This document shows, in pieces, positions 9,472-19,382 of a stretch of 46,929 nt of DNA. Within the stretch, counting starts at the first letter, position 1, and each line of letters begins with the position of its first letter. The notes under the pieces were generated by a model. It had not been told where the DNA came from. It saw nothing but the letters and a program-made list of their open reading frames with translations, and searched no databases. A program made the position numbers and the translations under genes. This DNA is from Cyanophyceae cyanobacterium (GTDB taxonomy: Bacteria; Cyanobacteriota; Cyanobacteriia; Cyanobacteriales; JBHJGN01). The stretch covers positions 1 through 46,929 of the forward strand of contig JBHJGN010000047.1 of the NCBI GenBank assembly GCA_050331735.1, given 5' to 3'.

Positions 9472-12369
9472 CTAGCTTAGCTCAAATTTTTCATCAGCTA
9501 CGGGCGATGAACTCTTCTGAGTGCTATCTAGAAACCGAGCATTCCTTCGTCTTCCCAGCAAGCAACAGTCTTCCGTCGGAGTTGTTGGTGTTAAGATAAC
9601 CGCTCTAACAACGCGATTGCGTCCTTGCTCCTTCGCTTTGTATAGTGCCGTATCGGCATCGGCAACGAGCATTTCTAGCGGTTCTTGACTGGGAATGCGA
9701 CTGCTGACTCCAATACTGACAGAAACATACTGACTCACGGCGGAGGCGGCGTGGTTGAGCTTAAGCTGCTGGATTTCCTGCCGAATCTGTTCGGCAACGC
9801 GACTAGCCCCCTCAAGACTTGTGTTAGGCAGAATGACGGCAAACTCTTCACCTCCATAGCGGGCCACTAAATCCGCTGGACGCTTGACCGCACGACTAAT
9901 TCCGGTCGCTACCCGCTGCAAGCAGTCATCCCCTGCTTGATGTCCGTAGAAGTCGTTGTAGTGTTTAAAATAGTCAATATCACACAAGATTATCGATAAA
10001 GGCTGTTGCTCTCGACTAGCCCGCTGCCATTCTTGCACGAGGCGCTCGTCAAATAGGCGGCGATTGGCAACTTGAGTCAGGCTATCTAACCTAGCTTGAC
10101 GATGCAGCTTGGAGTTCGCTTTTTGAAGTGCCAGTTCCATCTGCTTGCGCTCGGTAATATCTCGAAAGGTGATCACAAACCCATCGCTAAGCTTTACTGC
10201 TACAAAATGGAACCAGCTCTGATTGCCGTTACGTCCAGAGCCGAAATCCTTTTCGAGAACGTTGCCAGTTTCTACCACTTGCACAAACCACTGAAACAGT
10301 TGCGGATCGAGCCGATCGATAAACGGCTTGAGGGATTTGCCCGTCAGATCGTCTGTGAAGTGGGACAACGCTTGAGCCGCTACCGAGTTGACTAACAAAC
10401 AGCGAAAATCAATGATTTTGGCGCGATCGCGTACGCTCTCAATGGCAATCACACCGTCATGAGAGCTGTTGAGGACGCTGCTGAGTAGCGTCCGGGACTG
10501 CATAAGTTGAGACTGGGTTGACTGAAGCTGCTGTAGCGTCACAGCTAACTCTTCGTTTTTCTGCCGGAGAGTTTCTTCGGTCTGCTTTTGCTGAACGACC
10601 GTTCCCAACTGAGCCGCCACCGCTGAAATAATTTTGACCCAGCGCTCGTCTTCTTTGCGCAGTTCTGGAAACAGAAACACCATCACCGCTAGTACGGCAT
10701 CCGGTCTTTCCCCGGCCATCGGGCAAATAATCGGAACGCCAAAGGCTCCTCGAAAGCCACAGGGTTTAGCGGCGGTCGCTCTAACAAACACTTCACTATC
10801 TTCTTCGGGTAGGCTCTGTATCCATTCGGGGCGCTGCGACTGCCAGACTCGTCCAAATATTCCCTCACTAGACGAGCAGGTAATCCGTTCAGTTTGCTGC
10901 CGAAATGCTCCCAGCGCAACAATCGTCGCCCGGTCTTGCTGAGTCGAGTCAAAGTACCAAATTGGCGTACACCTAAGAACAGACTCGTCCTCACCGGGCA
11001 TCCATAATTCTCCGTAGATCCAGCCTGTCGCCTGACAAATGTGCCTCAACGCGGCTTCTAAGGCCGCTCTAAAGCTAGAGGCAGAGCTAATGCTCTGAGC
11101 GATGGTGAGGAGAAGCTGCACTTCTTCTTCCGCGCGACGGCGTTCTACGATTTCCTGCCGCAGTCTGGCTGTCGTTTGGGTAAGCTTGCGCGTCTTTTGC
11201 TCAATCAGCCAGGTTTGCTGAATGCTCTGGCTTACCTCCCCGAGCATGTCAATCACTAATTCTGAAGCGGCAAAGTTTTGCTCTTCTACCCCGAGCCACG
11301 GTAGGGGTTTAATCGGCGCGTCGCTGCTAAAGACGATTTCAAACTGACCGCTGGGTAACACTTTCCCAATATAGCAATCTTTCCAAACATGATGATTGGG
11401 TTCAATAGTAATCGGTCCTCCGGGAGCCTGAAAACTTTGCCCGTAGGCAGCGCGGCGGACTGCATCAACGGCCAAGGATTGAGCCGCTTCGACGGCCTGC
11501 TTCCAGAGATACACTTGCGCATAGGCCGCTTCAACCGGATCTGAGGTAACGCAGTGCCTGCCGTAGCGAGTCTGGAAATTACGCACAAAGGCAGTGTTTT
11601 CTGGATTGGGGAGGCTTTGGAAATAGCTCCAGCTCGAATAGTGACCAACCGCGGCTTCCCTGATATTTCTTAACTCGGCCTCTGCTACGCTGACCGCCAT
11701 AATCGGAATGTCATGAGCGGTAATACCTGCCTCTCGGTATTGACGATAGAAAGCTTGGTTACTGTCACCATTAAGGGTGTTGAACGCAACATCGGGACGC
11801 AACTGCCGAATTTGAGCAATAATTTGCTTGAACTCCGTTTCACCGAGGTCTACGTATCTCTCACCCACGACTTCTCCCCCCTGCTGCTGTAGCTGCCCCT
11901 GAAGAATTTTATTAACGGTGCGCGGGAACACGTAGTCGGAACCGATCAGGTAGAAGCGTTTCTTCTGGTGTTGCAGGAGCCAGTTGACGGCAGGCTCGAC
12001 CTGCTGATTAGGACAAGAACCAATGTAAAAAATGTTTTTTGAGCTTTCGAGTCCTTCATACTGAAGCGGATACCACAGCAGAGCGTTGTTTTCTTCAAAA
12101 ATAGCCAGAACGGCTTTGCGTGTTGCCGATGTCCAGCAGCCGAAAACGGTGGCTACCTGGTCATCACAAATCAGCTTTCTTGCTTTACAGGCAAATACAG
12201 CAGGGTTAGAAGCTCCATCTTCAATGATGGGGTGAATCGAGTGTCCTAAAACTCCTCCAGCTTGGTTAATTTCGGTGATCGCCATCAGCGTGACATCAAT
12301 GAGAGGAGATTCGCTGAGACTCATCGTGCCGCTCTGTGAATGAAGAATACCAACTGGAATGCTAGCCAT
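9472..12369 (-). CDS. UrtA/AmiC-like ligand-binding - GAF - PAS - GGDEF diguanylate cyclase
   Basis: N-terminal ~360 aa match the urea/amide-binding family (VGILHSQSGTMSLSE, FGCWTSATRK, YPLQYEGLE, GSDYVFPR); GAF; PAS; RPAD I-site plus RYGGEEF; no signal peptide or TM segment. Confidence 0.9.
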   Translation of the reverse strand: MASIPVGILHSQSGTMSLSESPLIDVTLMAITEINQAGGVLGHSIHPIIEDGASNPAVFACKARKLICDDQVATVFGCWTSATRKAVLAIFEENNALLWYPLQYEGLESSKNIFYIGSCPNQQVEPAVNWLLQHQKKRFYLIGSDYVFPRTVNKILQGQLQQQGGEVVGERYVDLGETEFKQIIAQIRQLRPDVAFNTLNGDSNQAFYRQYREAGITAHDIPIMAVSVAEAELRNIREAAVGHYSSWSYFQSLPNPENTAFVRNFQTRYGRHCVTSDPVEAAYAQVYLWKQAVEAAQSLAVDAVRRAAYGQSFQAPGGPITIEPNHHVWKDCYIGKVLPSGQFEIVFSSDAPIKPLPWLGVEEQNFAASELVIDMLGEVSQSIQQTWLIEQKTRKLTQTTARLRQEIVERRRAEEEVQLLLTIAQSISSASSFRAALEAALRHICQATGWIYGELWMPGEDESVLRCTPIWYFDSTQQDRATIVALGAFRQQTERITCSSSEGIFGRVWQSQRPEWIQSLPEEDSEVFVRATAAKPCGFRGAFGVPIICPMAGERPDAVLAVMVFLFPELRKEDERWVKIISAVAAQLGTVVQQKQTEETLRQKNEELAVTLQQLQSTQSQLMQSRTLLSSVLNSSHDGVIAIESVRDRAKIIDFRCLLVNSVAAQALSHFTDDLTGKSLKPFIDRLDPQLFQWFVQVVETGNVLEKDFGSGRNGNQSWFHFVAVKLSDGFVITFRDITERKQMELALQKANSKLHRQARLDSLTQVANRRLFDERLVQEWQRASREQQPLSIILCDIDYFKHYNDFYGHQAGDDCLQRVATGISRAVKRPADLVARYGGEEFAVILPNTSLEGASRVAEQIRQEIQQLKLNHAASAVSQYVSVSIGVSSRIPSQEPLEMLVADADTALYKAKEQGRNRVVRAVILTPTTPTEDCCLLGRRRNARFLDSTQKSSSPVADEKFELS

Positions 12370-12580
12370 AAGCTTGTAAAATCGGCAATTTGATGCTCTT
12401 AAGACTGAAGATTATCAGAAATTGATACTAGCGTACTGTGAAAAAATCATAGACGTAAATTCGAGGATTTCCTGAGCTTTTCTTCTGAGCGCCGTTGTTT
12501 GAAGTATATTCACCGAAAGCCACCAATCCGGTGAGCAAAAGCCTAAGATAAAATGAGCAACTGACTGTACCGAGCTAATT

Positions 12581-13195
12581 ATGGAGTCTTCATCCTCTGC
12601 TGCCGAGCAATACAAGCGCAAAATGCAGCGGCGCAAAGAAATTCAGGAACAGCGTCTTGCTGAGCGATCGCAGGAGAAAGGCTTAGTCATTGTTCATACG
12701 GGCAATGGCAAAGGCAAAACCACCGCGGCCCTGGGCATGGTGCTGCGTTCTCTGGGGCACGGCTATCGAGTGGCCATTGTGCAATTTATCAAAGGAGCCT
12801 GGGAACCAGCGGAGAAGCAAGCGTTTGCTCACTGGGGAGACCAGATCGAGTTTCATGCCCTTGGAGAAGGCTTTACCTGGGAAACTCAAGACCGCGAACG
12901 GGATATCCAAACCGCCGCCGCCGCCTGGTTAAAAGCCCGAGAATTTATCAGCAACGCCGATTATCGGTTAGTGCTCTTAGATGAGGTGAACGTGGCGCTT
13001 AAGCTCGGGTATTTAGAGGTAGACCAGGTGATCGCCGGACTCGCACACAAGCCAGCGGAGTCCCACGTTATTTTGACCGGTCGAGGCGCACCCGCTGCCC
13101 TCATTGAAAAGGCAGATTTGGTGACAGAGATGACGCTTGTCAAACATCCCTTTCGAGAACAGGGAGTCAAAGCGCAGCCCGGAATCGAATACTAA
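12581..13195 (+). CDS. cobO: Cob(I)alamin adenosyltransferase CobO/BtuR
   Basis: HTGNGKGKTTAALG, VQFIKG, GEGFTW, LLDE, LTGRGA, KHPF and AQPGIEY motifs. Confidence 0.97.
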   Translation: MESSSSAAEQYKRKMQRRKEIQEQRLAERSQEKGLVIVHTGNGKGKTTAALGMVLRSLGHGYRVAIVQFIKGAWEPAEKQAFAHWGDQIEFHALGEGFTWETQDRERDIQTAAAAWLKAREFISNADYRLVLLDEVNVALKLGYLEVDQVIAGLAHKPAESHVILTGRGAPAALIEKADLVTEMTLVKHPFREQGVKAQPGIEY

Positions 13196-13196
13196 A

Positions 13197-13730
13197 TTAC
13201 TGATACTGCTCCAGACAAATGTTGAGGATGCGGCGGTCGTTACTGTTCGGTTCCCCCACTGGGTGGTAGCCGATCAGATTAACAGAGCGGGGGAGCTGTT
13301 CGCCCGCTACTGCGACTGAGGCATTTTCCTCTAGCACAATGGAAGTAGGATAGACAGAGCCATCATAGGGATGAACAAGGGAAAGGGCAATTCGCTGCGA
13401 ACTGATGGTGCCGTAGAAACAGCTAAACTCCGAGCGCGGCAGATACGAAGCGCCAACAATTTGATCGCCATTGACCTCAAACACCAGATACTCTTTGCCA
13501 ATCTCTTCCCGTTCGGAAGACTGACCGTAGAGATAGGTTCCTGCGGCTAAAGGAATGGCTTCAGTTGGCTGAGCCGCAGACGATGCTGCTTGCTTGGCCT
13601 CATCTGAAGCAAGCAGGGGAGCAGAAGTGGCAGCAATCATCCCAAGACTGAAAAGCAGTCCGAGCCGTGACGGCCATCGTTTAATCTGGAACCGGATGTT
13701 CTGAATGTCGAGCATTTTGCCCTCCCCCAT
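13197..13730 (-). CDS. Conserved cyanobacterial secreted hypothetical protein
   Basis: Signal peptide-like stretch followed by GTYLYGQS..IGKEYLVFEV..GASYLPRSEFSCFYG. Start at ATG 13730 or 13715 rather than TTG 13769. Confidence 0.75.
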   Translation of the reverse strand: MGEGKMLDIQNIRFQIKRWPSRLGLLFSLGMIAATSAPLLASDEAKQAASSAAQPTEAIPLAAGTYLYGQSSEREEIGKEYLVFEVNGDQIVGASYLPRSEFSCFYGTISSQRIALSLVHPYDGSVYPTSIVLEENASVAVAGEQLPRSVNLIGYHPVGEPNSNDRRILNICLEQYQ

Positions 13731-14030
13731 ATACACAGCTAATACCTGCTGTACTTCTAGATTACTCAAGCCTATGGACCGAATGGTTCACTCACTGGGA
13801 TGATTTAGGTTTCCTTTAAGCAGCGAGGGTTTGGTCTGTTTTTCACTCTTTAGAGAGAGGATACCCACAGTTGAGCAAAAACCGATCGCTGTTTTAGAAT
13901 TTAAGGCGGTGAAGGCCAGAAGCGATCGCTTTCTGTGCCAGTTTTCGCTCTGGTCAGGAGCCGTTGGCTATTAGCGTTTAGGCAACTCATCGCTTCCCCC
14001 CCACAATCGGAAGCAGGGGTTAATCAAGCT

Positions 14031-14059
14031 AAAAAAAAGCGCTACTTTTTCAGTAGCGC
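14031..14059 (-). terminator. Intrinsic terminator of the sigma factor gene
   Basis: Minus strand GCGCTACT-GAAAA-AGTAGCGC followed by T8, about 28 nt after the stop codon. Confidence 0.85.
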
Positions 14060-14086
14060 CTGAGCAGATATAAGCAATTAGCTTAG

Positions 14087-15073
14087 TTAGCTGGCCGCAA
14101 TGTATTCTTTAACATTGGCTCGTCTTCTGCGAAGCTGCGTGAGAGCTTGGTTTTCTAACTGACGAACCCGCTCGCGGCTGAGATTCATTCTCTTGCCAAT
14201 TTTGGCTAAAGACAGCTCTTTGCCATCTTTGAGGCCAAACCGTAAACAGAGCACTTCCCGCTGCTGGGGAGTGAGGTCGTCTAACATATTGTGCAGGTCT
14301 TGCCGCATCAGCTCTTGAGTCAAGTAGCTGTCTGGAGAAATGCTGTCGTCCTCTAAAAGCTCAGACAGCTCTGTATCCTGATTATCGCCGACTCGAACAT
14401 CCAAAGAAATCGGTTGGCGAGCAATACTCAAGTACTCGCGAATCTGGGCAGGCTGTAAATTAAGCTCGTCAGCAATCTCGCTAGGAGTGGCGCTGCGTCC
14501 TAGCTTTTGGGCTAGTTCTCTTTGCGTTCTCTTGATCTTGTTGAGCTTCTCGGTGATGTGGATCGGAAGACGGATGGCCCGTGCTTGTTGGGCGATCGCT
14601 CGGGTAATCGCCTGACGAATCCACCAGTAGGCATAAGTCGAAAACTTAAAGCCTTTCGTCGGGTCGAATTTTTCTACTCCTCTTTCTAACCCCAAGCTTC
14701 CCTCCTGAATCAGATCGAGAAACTCCATGTTGCGCTTTTGGTACTTCTTCGCAATAGCAACCACCAGGCGCAAGTTGGCTTCGATCATCTTCCGCTTCGC
14801 TCTTTCTCCTTTACGGAGAGCTTGATTAACTTCGGCAACGCTTGCCTGAACATAATCAGCCCACTCCTGCTGATTGGGTTCTCGTCCCAGCTTCTCTGCT
14901 AGCTCTTCTTTTTTCTCCACAAGACCCATCATCTTTTGGACTTGCTTCCCCAAAACAATTTCTTGCTCGTGGGTTAATAGCGGTACGCGACCAATCTCGT
15001 GGAGATAAGTACGAACCATATCTGCCGAGAACGTTGCTTTATCCGTTTTTTGTTTAACTTTGGCAGTGGGCAT
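14087..15073 (-). CDS. sigB: Group 2 RpoD-family sigma factor, SigB-like
   Basis: ADMVRTYLHEIGRVPLLT, ANLRLVV, DLIQEG, FSTYAYWWIRQAITRAI, SRERVRQ; lacks region 1.1. Confidence 0.88.
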   Translation of the reverse strand: MPTAKVKQKTDKATFSADMVRTYLHEIGRVPLLTHEQEIVLGKQVQKMMGLVEKKEELAEKLGREPNQQEWADYVQASVAEVNQALRKGERAKRKMIEANLRLVVAIAKKYQKRNMEFLDLIQEGSLGLERGVEKFDPTKGFKFSTYAYWWIRQAITRAIAQQARAIRLPIHITEKLNKIKRTQRELAQKLGRSATPSEIADELNLQPAQIREYLSIARQPISLDVRVGDNQDTELSELLEDDSISPDSYLTQELMRQDLHNMLDDLTPQQREVLCLRFGLKDGKELSLAKIGKRMNLSRERVRQLENQALTQLRRRRANVKEYIAAS

Positions 15074-15438
15074 CGGTACAGTGGTGACTCCTTATCGAGT
15101 GAAAGTCTGTTCGCTGATTCTGTGCGTTTAAACAAAAAGTGTGCTTGTCTTCGTCAACAAACGCTAAATCATAATCGTTATGACTTTATACTTCCATTTT
15201 AGTATAAGTATAGACGCTCGCGACAGAGAAAAAGTTCATTTTCCTCGGGTAACTCCGAGCCTGACTACAATTCAGAGTTCTGCCAGAATCAGTTCCTCAT
15301 ACAGACAGCAATTAAATCATCTTTATATAATGATGACCCAGAACTCTAAATAATAGCATATAAAAAAATACGGATTCCCGAACCTTAACAATCAGTTACC
15401 AGTTGTCGGGGATCAATGGCGAGTGCTGAGTGCTTAAT

Positions 15439-15485
15439 CAGTGACCAATGACCAAATCAATCTGCTCATTATCGGTTGGTCACTG
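15439..15485. repeat. Inverted repeat built from cyanobacterial heptamer-like units just 3' of herA
   Basis: CAGTGACCAA(15439-15448)/TTGGTCACTG(15476-15485) 10-bp perfect stem among TGACCAA and GAGTGCT units. Confidence 0.55.
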
Positions 15486-15493
15486 CTCACTCC

Positions 15494-17194
15494 CTAAAAC
15501 CCCAAGTCCGCCTTAGCGGTTTCAGCGGCGGCAAACACCTCTCGGTCGGGGATCGCTTCCCAGTCCGTATCGCCAATTTCGGCGTAGAATTTTTGGTCGT
15601 AGGCACGAGTTTTGACCACCACCGGCATGGGGACAGCATGACCGAGAACTAGCGCTTGCTGCTTGGAGTCGAGCTTGGCAAGAACCGAGCGCAGACTCTG
15701 ACCGCCAGAGACTCCGGTAAAAATGGCGTCAATATCTTTTTCATCATTGAGCAAGCAGGTAATACGAGTCCCAACTTGTGACATCACCTCGGTGTCAATC
15801 CCGGAAGGACGCTGATCGACAATGAGTAAAGTGACGAAATATTTCCGCATCTCCCGGGCAATTGTGCCAAAAATAGTTTGATGAACAATTCTCGAATCGA
15901 GGAAACGGTGAGCTTCTTCAATGGTAATCACCAACTGACGCGGACGATCGAGAGGATTTTTAGACTGCAAAAACCGTTCTGCTTTCTTGACATAGCTAGC
16001 GTGGATTCTGCGGGTAATCATGTTGGTAGCTAGCATGTAAGACAGCATGTTTGACTGGGAGCCAAACTCAACGACCACGTGTTTGCCAGCATCGAGGGAC
16101 TGAAGAATCTGATCGATGTAGTTGTGGGGACAGGCAGAACGCATGTATTTGAGGCTGTCTAAGCGCATTAGTTTGCGCTGTAGCGCCATGATGGAGCCTT
16201 TGTGTCCCTGGCGTTCCTCGCAGAAGGTTTGAATCTCGTCGTTGGTCATGTTCAGCAACTGGATCATCCAGGTTTTGCCAAACTCCGCCTGCAAAATATT
16301 GGCGTTGTCGATACTGGCATCGGAAAGACCGAGTTCGTGTCCGACGAGCCGCAGATCTTCAATATCGATTTGGTCGTAACTAAGATAGAGTTCTTGCGCA
16401 TCCCGGACTCCGCGGCGCTTGGTTGATTCGGAGTCGAGAGTGTAAATTTCCACCATGCCGGGGAACAACTGACGCAAGCCTTTGACGGTGCTGAATTGCT
16501 TTCCTTCGCTGACGGCTTCCCAGCCGTATTCGGAGTGCATATCAAACATTAAATTAACGGCTGCCTGCTTGCGAATGATGCCAGAGATTAAAAGGCGCGT
16601 CAAAAAAGATTTTCCCGTTCCCGATTTGCCGAAGACGCCGTTACTGCGCTCCACAAAGCGATCGAGGTCGATACAGACTGGCACCTCCATATCGAGGGGT
16701 TCGCCAATGGAGAAGTTGCGGCGGTGGGGATCGTCTTCCCATCCGAAGACCGTTCTAAAGTCGCGTTCGCTGGCTTCAAAGACTTGGCTAAAATGAGCCG
16801 GAATGGTTTTGATGGGACGTAGTTCGATTTCAGCACTCGATTGGGGCTGATAAGACCCGAGGCTGCCACGATCAGCGGCTATTAAATGCTCTGGTTTTGC
16901 CTCTGTCTGAGTGATCATCAGCATCGGAGACAGTTCAATGGTTCCGTAGGTTCCACTTCCAGCGAGGACTTCTCTCATCAAGCTATCGCTAGGGCTCGGC
17001 GGATTAGCCAGAATGCGATCGCTAGCCGTTCCGAGGCAAACATCGGTAAGCAGGCAAAAAAAGTGCGATCGCACTCCCTGCACGACGAGAAACTTGCCAA
17101 CGCGCATATCTTCGACTGAAACATCTGGATGCAGCCTAACCTCTAATCCTTGGCTAAGCGAGCCTTGAATTACTGAACCTAATGGATCTGTCAT
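15494..17194 (-). CDS. herA: HerA/FtsK-family ATPase (DUF87) with N-terminal HAS barrel
   Basis: Walker A GVFGKSGTGKS, FDMHSEYG, Walker B ITIEEAHRF, IAREMRKY arginine finger, DQRPS. Confidence 0.88.
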   Translation of the reverse strand: MTDPLGSVIQGSLSQGLEVRLHPDVSVEDMRVGKFLVVQGVRSHFFCLLTDVCLGTASDRILANPPSPSDSLMREVLAGSGTYGTIELSPMLMITQTEAKPEHLIAADRGSLGSYQPQSSAEIELRPIKTIPAHFSQVFEASERDFRTVFGWEDDPHRRNFSIGEPLDMEVPVCIDLDRFVERSNGVFGKSGTGKSFLTRLLISGIIRKQAAVNLMFDMHSEYGWEAVSEGKQFSTVKGLRQLFPGMVEIYTLDSESTKRRGVRDAQELYLSYDQIDIEDLRLVGHELGLSDASIDNANILQAEFGKTWMIQLLNMTNDEIQTFCEERQGHKGSIMALQRKLMRLDSLKYMRSACPHNYIDQILQSLDAGKHVVVEFGSQSNMLSYMLATNMITRRIHASYVKKAERFLQSKNPLDRPRQLVITIEEAHRFLDSRIVHQTIFGTIAREMRKYFVTLLIVDQRPSGIDTEVMSQVGTRITCLLNDEKDIDAIFTGVSGGQSLRSVLAKLDSKQQALVLGHAVPMPVVVKTRAYDQKFYAEIGDTDWEAIPDREVFAAAETAKADLGF

Positions 17195-17255
17195 AGTTCT
17201 CCTCAGTCACTAGCCATTAGTAATTTATTTCTAACTAATGACTTGAAGGACATTT

Positions 17256-17290
17256 TTGTTGATTGTTGATTGTTGACGGTTGATTGCTCC
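17256..17290 (+). repeat. Heptamer tandem repeat (STRR-like), TTGTTGA x3 plus degenerate units
   Basis: TTGTTGA TTGTTGA TTGTTGA CGGTTGA TTGCTCC read directly. Confidence 0.8.
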
Positions 17291-17542
17291 CTGACTACAA
17301 CCGAGTCGGTTTTGCTAATTTAACACCGATCTATGCTTAATATAAGGCGATCGTTTCCTTAAATGATAGAGGACTTGTCAGTTTTTCTGTCTTTTTTTGA
17401 GCTTTAAAGTGACAACTTGAGCCCGGTTACACGAGCGCTGCTCGCGATTTCCTGTCTGATTTACCCTAAGAATACTAATTTGATCAGTTAAGCCGAGAGA
17501 AATGGGATAAATTATGGTGGTGACTCTCCCCAGGAAAACAAG

Positions 17543-18418
17543 ATGACTGGACTGCAAGGCCCTTGGACGGATGGATTTGTGAACGCCCACGGCATTAATT
17601 TGCACTACGTGATGCAAGGAGAAGGGCCGCTAATGCTGATGCTGCACGGGTTTCCTGAGTTTTGGTATTCGTGGCGGCATCAAATTCCTGAATTTGCCAC
17701 CGATTACAAAGTTGTGGCCCTAGATTTAAGAGGCTACAACGATAGCGATAAGCCGCCAGGAACCGAAGCCTATTTAATGGAAGAATTGATTCGGGATGTG
17801 GAGGGAACCATTACCGGATTAGGCTACGAAAGCTGTGTTCTTGTCGCTCATGATTGGGGAGGAGCGATCGCCTGGAGCTTTGCCTACGCCTATCCTCAAA
17901 TGGTGGAGAAGCTGATTGTGATGAATATTCCCCATCCGGCTCAGTTTGCAGCAGGCATTCGCCACCCCGAGCAACTGCTGCGGAGCTGGTATATGTTTCT
18001 CTTTCAGATTCCGGTACTGCCGGAGCTATTGTTGCAGGCGAATGACTATGAGGCGATCGCCTCAGCGTTCAGCAATACTGCCGTGAATCAAGCCGCCTTT
18101 TCTCCCGCCGACCTAGAAGCCTACAAAAATGCCGCAGCGAAACGAGGGGCGCTGACGGCCATGATTAATTATTATCGCAATATTTTTAGAGGTTTGTTCA
18201 GTCAGCATCACTGGCACGTTTTAGAGGTTCCTACGCTGATGATTTGGGGCGAAAACGATACTGCATTAGGGAAAGAACTCACCGACGGGACAGAGGCTTA
18301 TGTTAAAGATTTTCAGATCAGATACATCCCCAACTGTAGCCATTGGGTGCAGCAGGAACAGCCGCAGCTCGTGAATCAGTATATGCGAGAGTTTTTGACT
18401 GCCCGTCACGATACTTAG
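17543..18418 (+). CDS. Alpha/beta hydrolase, epoxide hydrolase family
   Basis: LHGFPEFWYSWRHQ, DLRGYN, AHDWGG (Asp nucleophile), WGEND, SHWVQQE. Confidence 0.92.
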   Translation: MTGLQGPWTDGFVNAHGINLHYVMQGEGPLMLMLHGFPEFWYSWRHQIPEFATDYKVVALDLRGYNDSDKPPGTEAYLMEELIRDVEGTITGLGYESCVLVAHDWGGAIAWSFAYAYPQMVEKLIVMNIPHPAQFAAGIRHPEQLLRSWYMFLFQIPVLPELLLQANDYEAIASAFSNTAVNQAAFSPADLEAYKNAAAKRGALTAMINYYRNIFRGLFSQHHWHVLEVPTLMIWGENDTALGKELTDGTEAYVKDFQIRYIPNCSHWVQQEQPQLVNQYMREFLTARHDT

Positions 18419-18494
18419 TTACTAGTGATAGCGCAGGAGCAATGGATCGGTGCGAATATAATCAGCTTAAATCGTTTTTGACCAATTAACATCT

Positions 18495-19382
18495 ATGACG
18501 CGATCGCCCTCTTGCAAGTTAGTTTTACTCAGCATCCTGTTCTGGCTGGCGACAAAGCCTGCCCTCGCTCACTCTGAGCATGATGGGACTTTTTTTCAGT
18601 CTTTAACAGCACAGAATCTTACGCCGACCGTTAGCTTAACCGGATTAGGGATTGCCTTTATCGCTGGGGCCGGACATGCCCTTGCCCCTGGACATGGCAA
18701 ATCAATGATGGCGGCTTATCTAGTCGGTGCGAAAGGAACGCCTCAGCAAGCACTGCTGCTCAGCTTAATTACGACCATTGCCCATACCGCGAGCGTGTTT
18801 GGACTGGGAGTGCTAGCGCTTTGGGCATCGCGGTATATCATGCCAGAACAGCTCTATCCTCTCCTCAGCTTTCTCAGCGGTCTGACCGTTTGTGGGCTCG
18901 GTTTTTGGCTACTCTATCAGCAACTCCGTCATTCATCGGATTGTCATCACGCTCATCATCACCTCGCTGAGGCTGTTTCTCTCAATGTTCCGGAAGAGGT
19001 TCCGGGTGCTGCGTTCAGCCAGCTAAAATCCCTCGTTACCCTGGGCATTGCTGGCGGCATTGTGCCCTGTCCGTCAGCGCTGGTGCTGTTACTCAGTGCG
19101 ATCTCTCTCCATCGAGAAGCTTACGGAATAGCGTTACTCGGCTCCTTCAGCTTTGGCCTCGCAGCGGTGCTGGCGGCCATTGGGTTAACAGCGGTTTACG
19201 CCTATCACTGGCTAGAGCGCATTCCCAGCGGCGGTATGCTGTCTCGCTATGTTCCCGTCCTTAGTGCTGTCGTCGTTATTGTGGCGGGGACTGTGCTAGC
19301 AGCCGGGGCAATTATCTCAGGGTCAGAACTAGCGCAGACGGCGTTGCCATTTGTTGAGCTGCCACTCTCCCATCGTGGCTAA
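18495..19382 (+). CDS. Nickel/cobalt transporter, RcnA/NicO-like
   Basis: HALAPGHGK, AHT, His-rich loop HHAHHH, GIVPCPSAL; multiple TM helices. Confidence 0.85.
   Translation: MTRSPSCKLVLLSILFWLATKPALAHSEHDGTFFQSLTAQNLTPTVSLTGLGIAFIAGAGHALAPGHGKSMMAAYLVGAKGTPQQALLLSLITTIAHTASVFGLGVLALWASRYIMPEQLYPLLSFLSGLTVCGLGFWLLYQQLRHSSDCHHAHHHLAEAVSLNVPEEVPGAAFSQLKSLVTLGIAGGIVPCPSALVLLLSAISLHREAYGIALLGSFSFGLAAVLAAIGLTAVYAYHWLERIPSGGMLSRYVPVLSAVVVIVAGTVLAAGAIISGSELAQTALPFVELPLSHRG

Noticed and set aside
12370..12580. Cobalamin riboswitch before cobO or NtcA box before the urea-sensor cyclase
   Set aside because: No B12-box and no clean GTA-N8-TAC were seen.
15494..17194. HerA as part of an anti-phage system (Sir2-HerA, Nezha, DUF4297-HerA)
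   Set aside because: No effector neighbour; it sits among core genes in HIP1-rich DNA and looks like the conserved cyanobacterial HerA.
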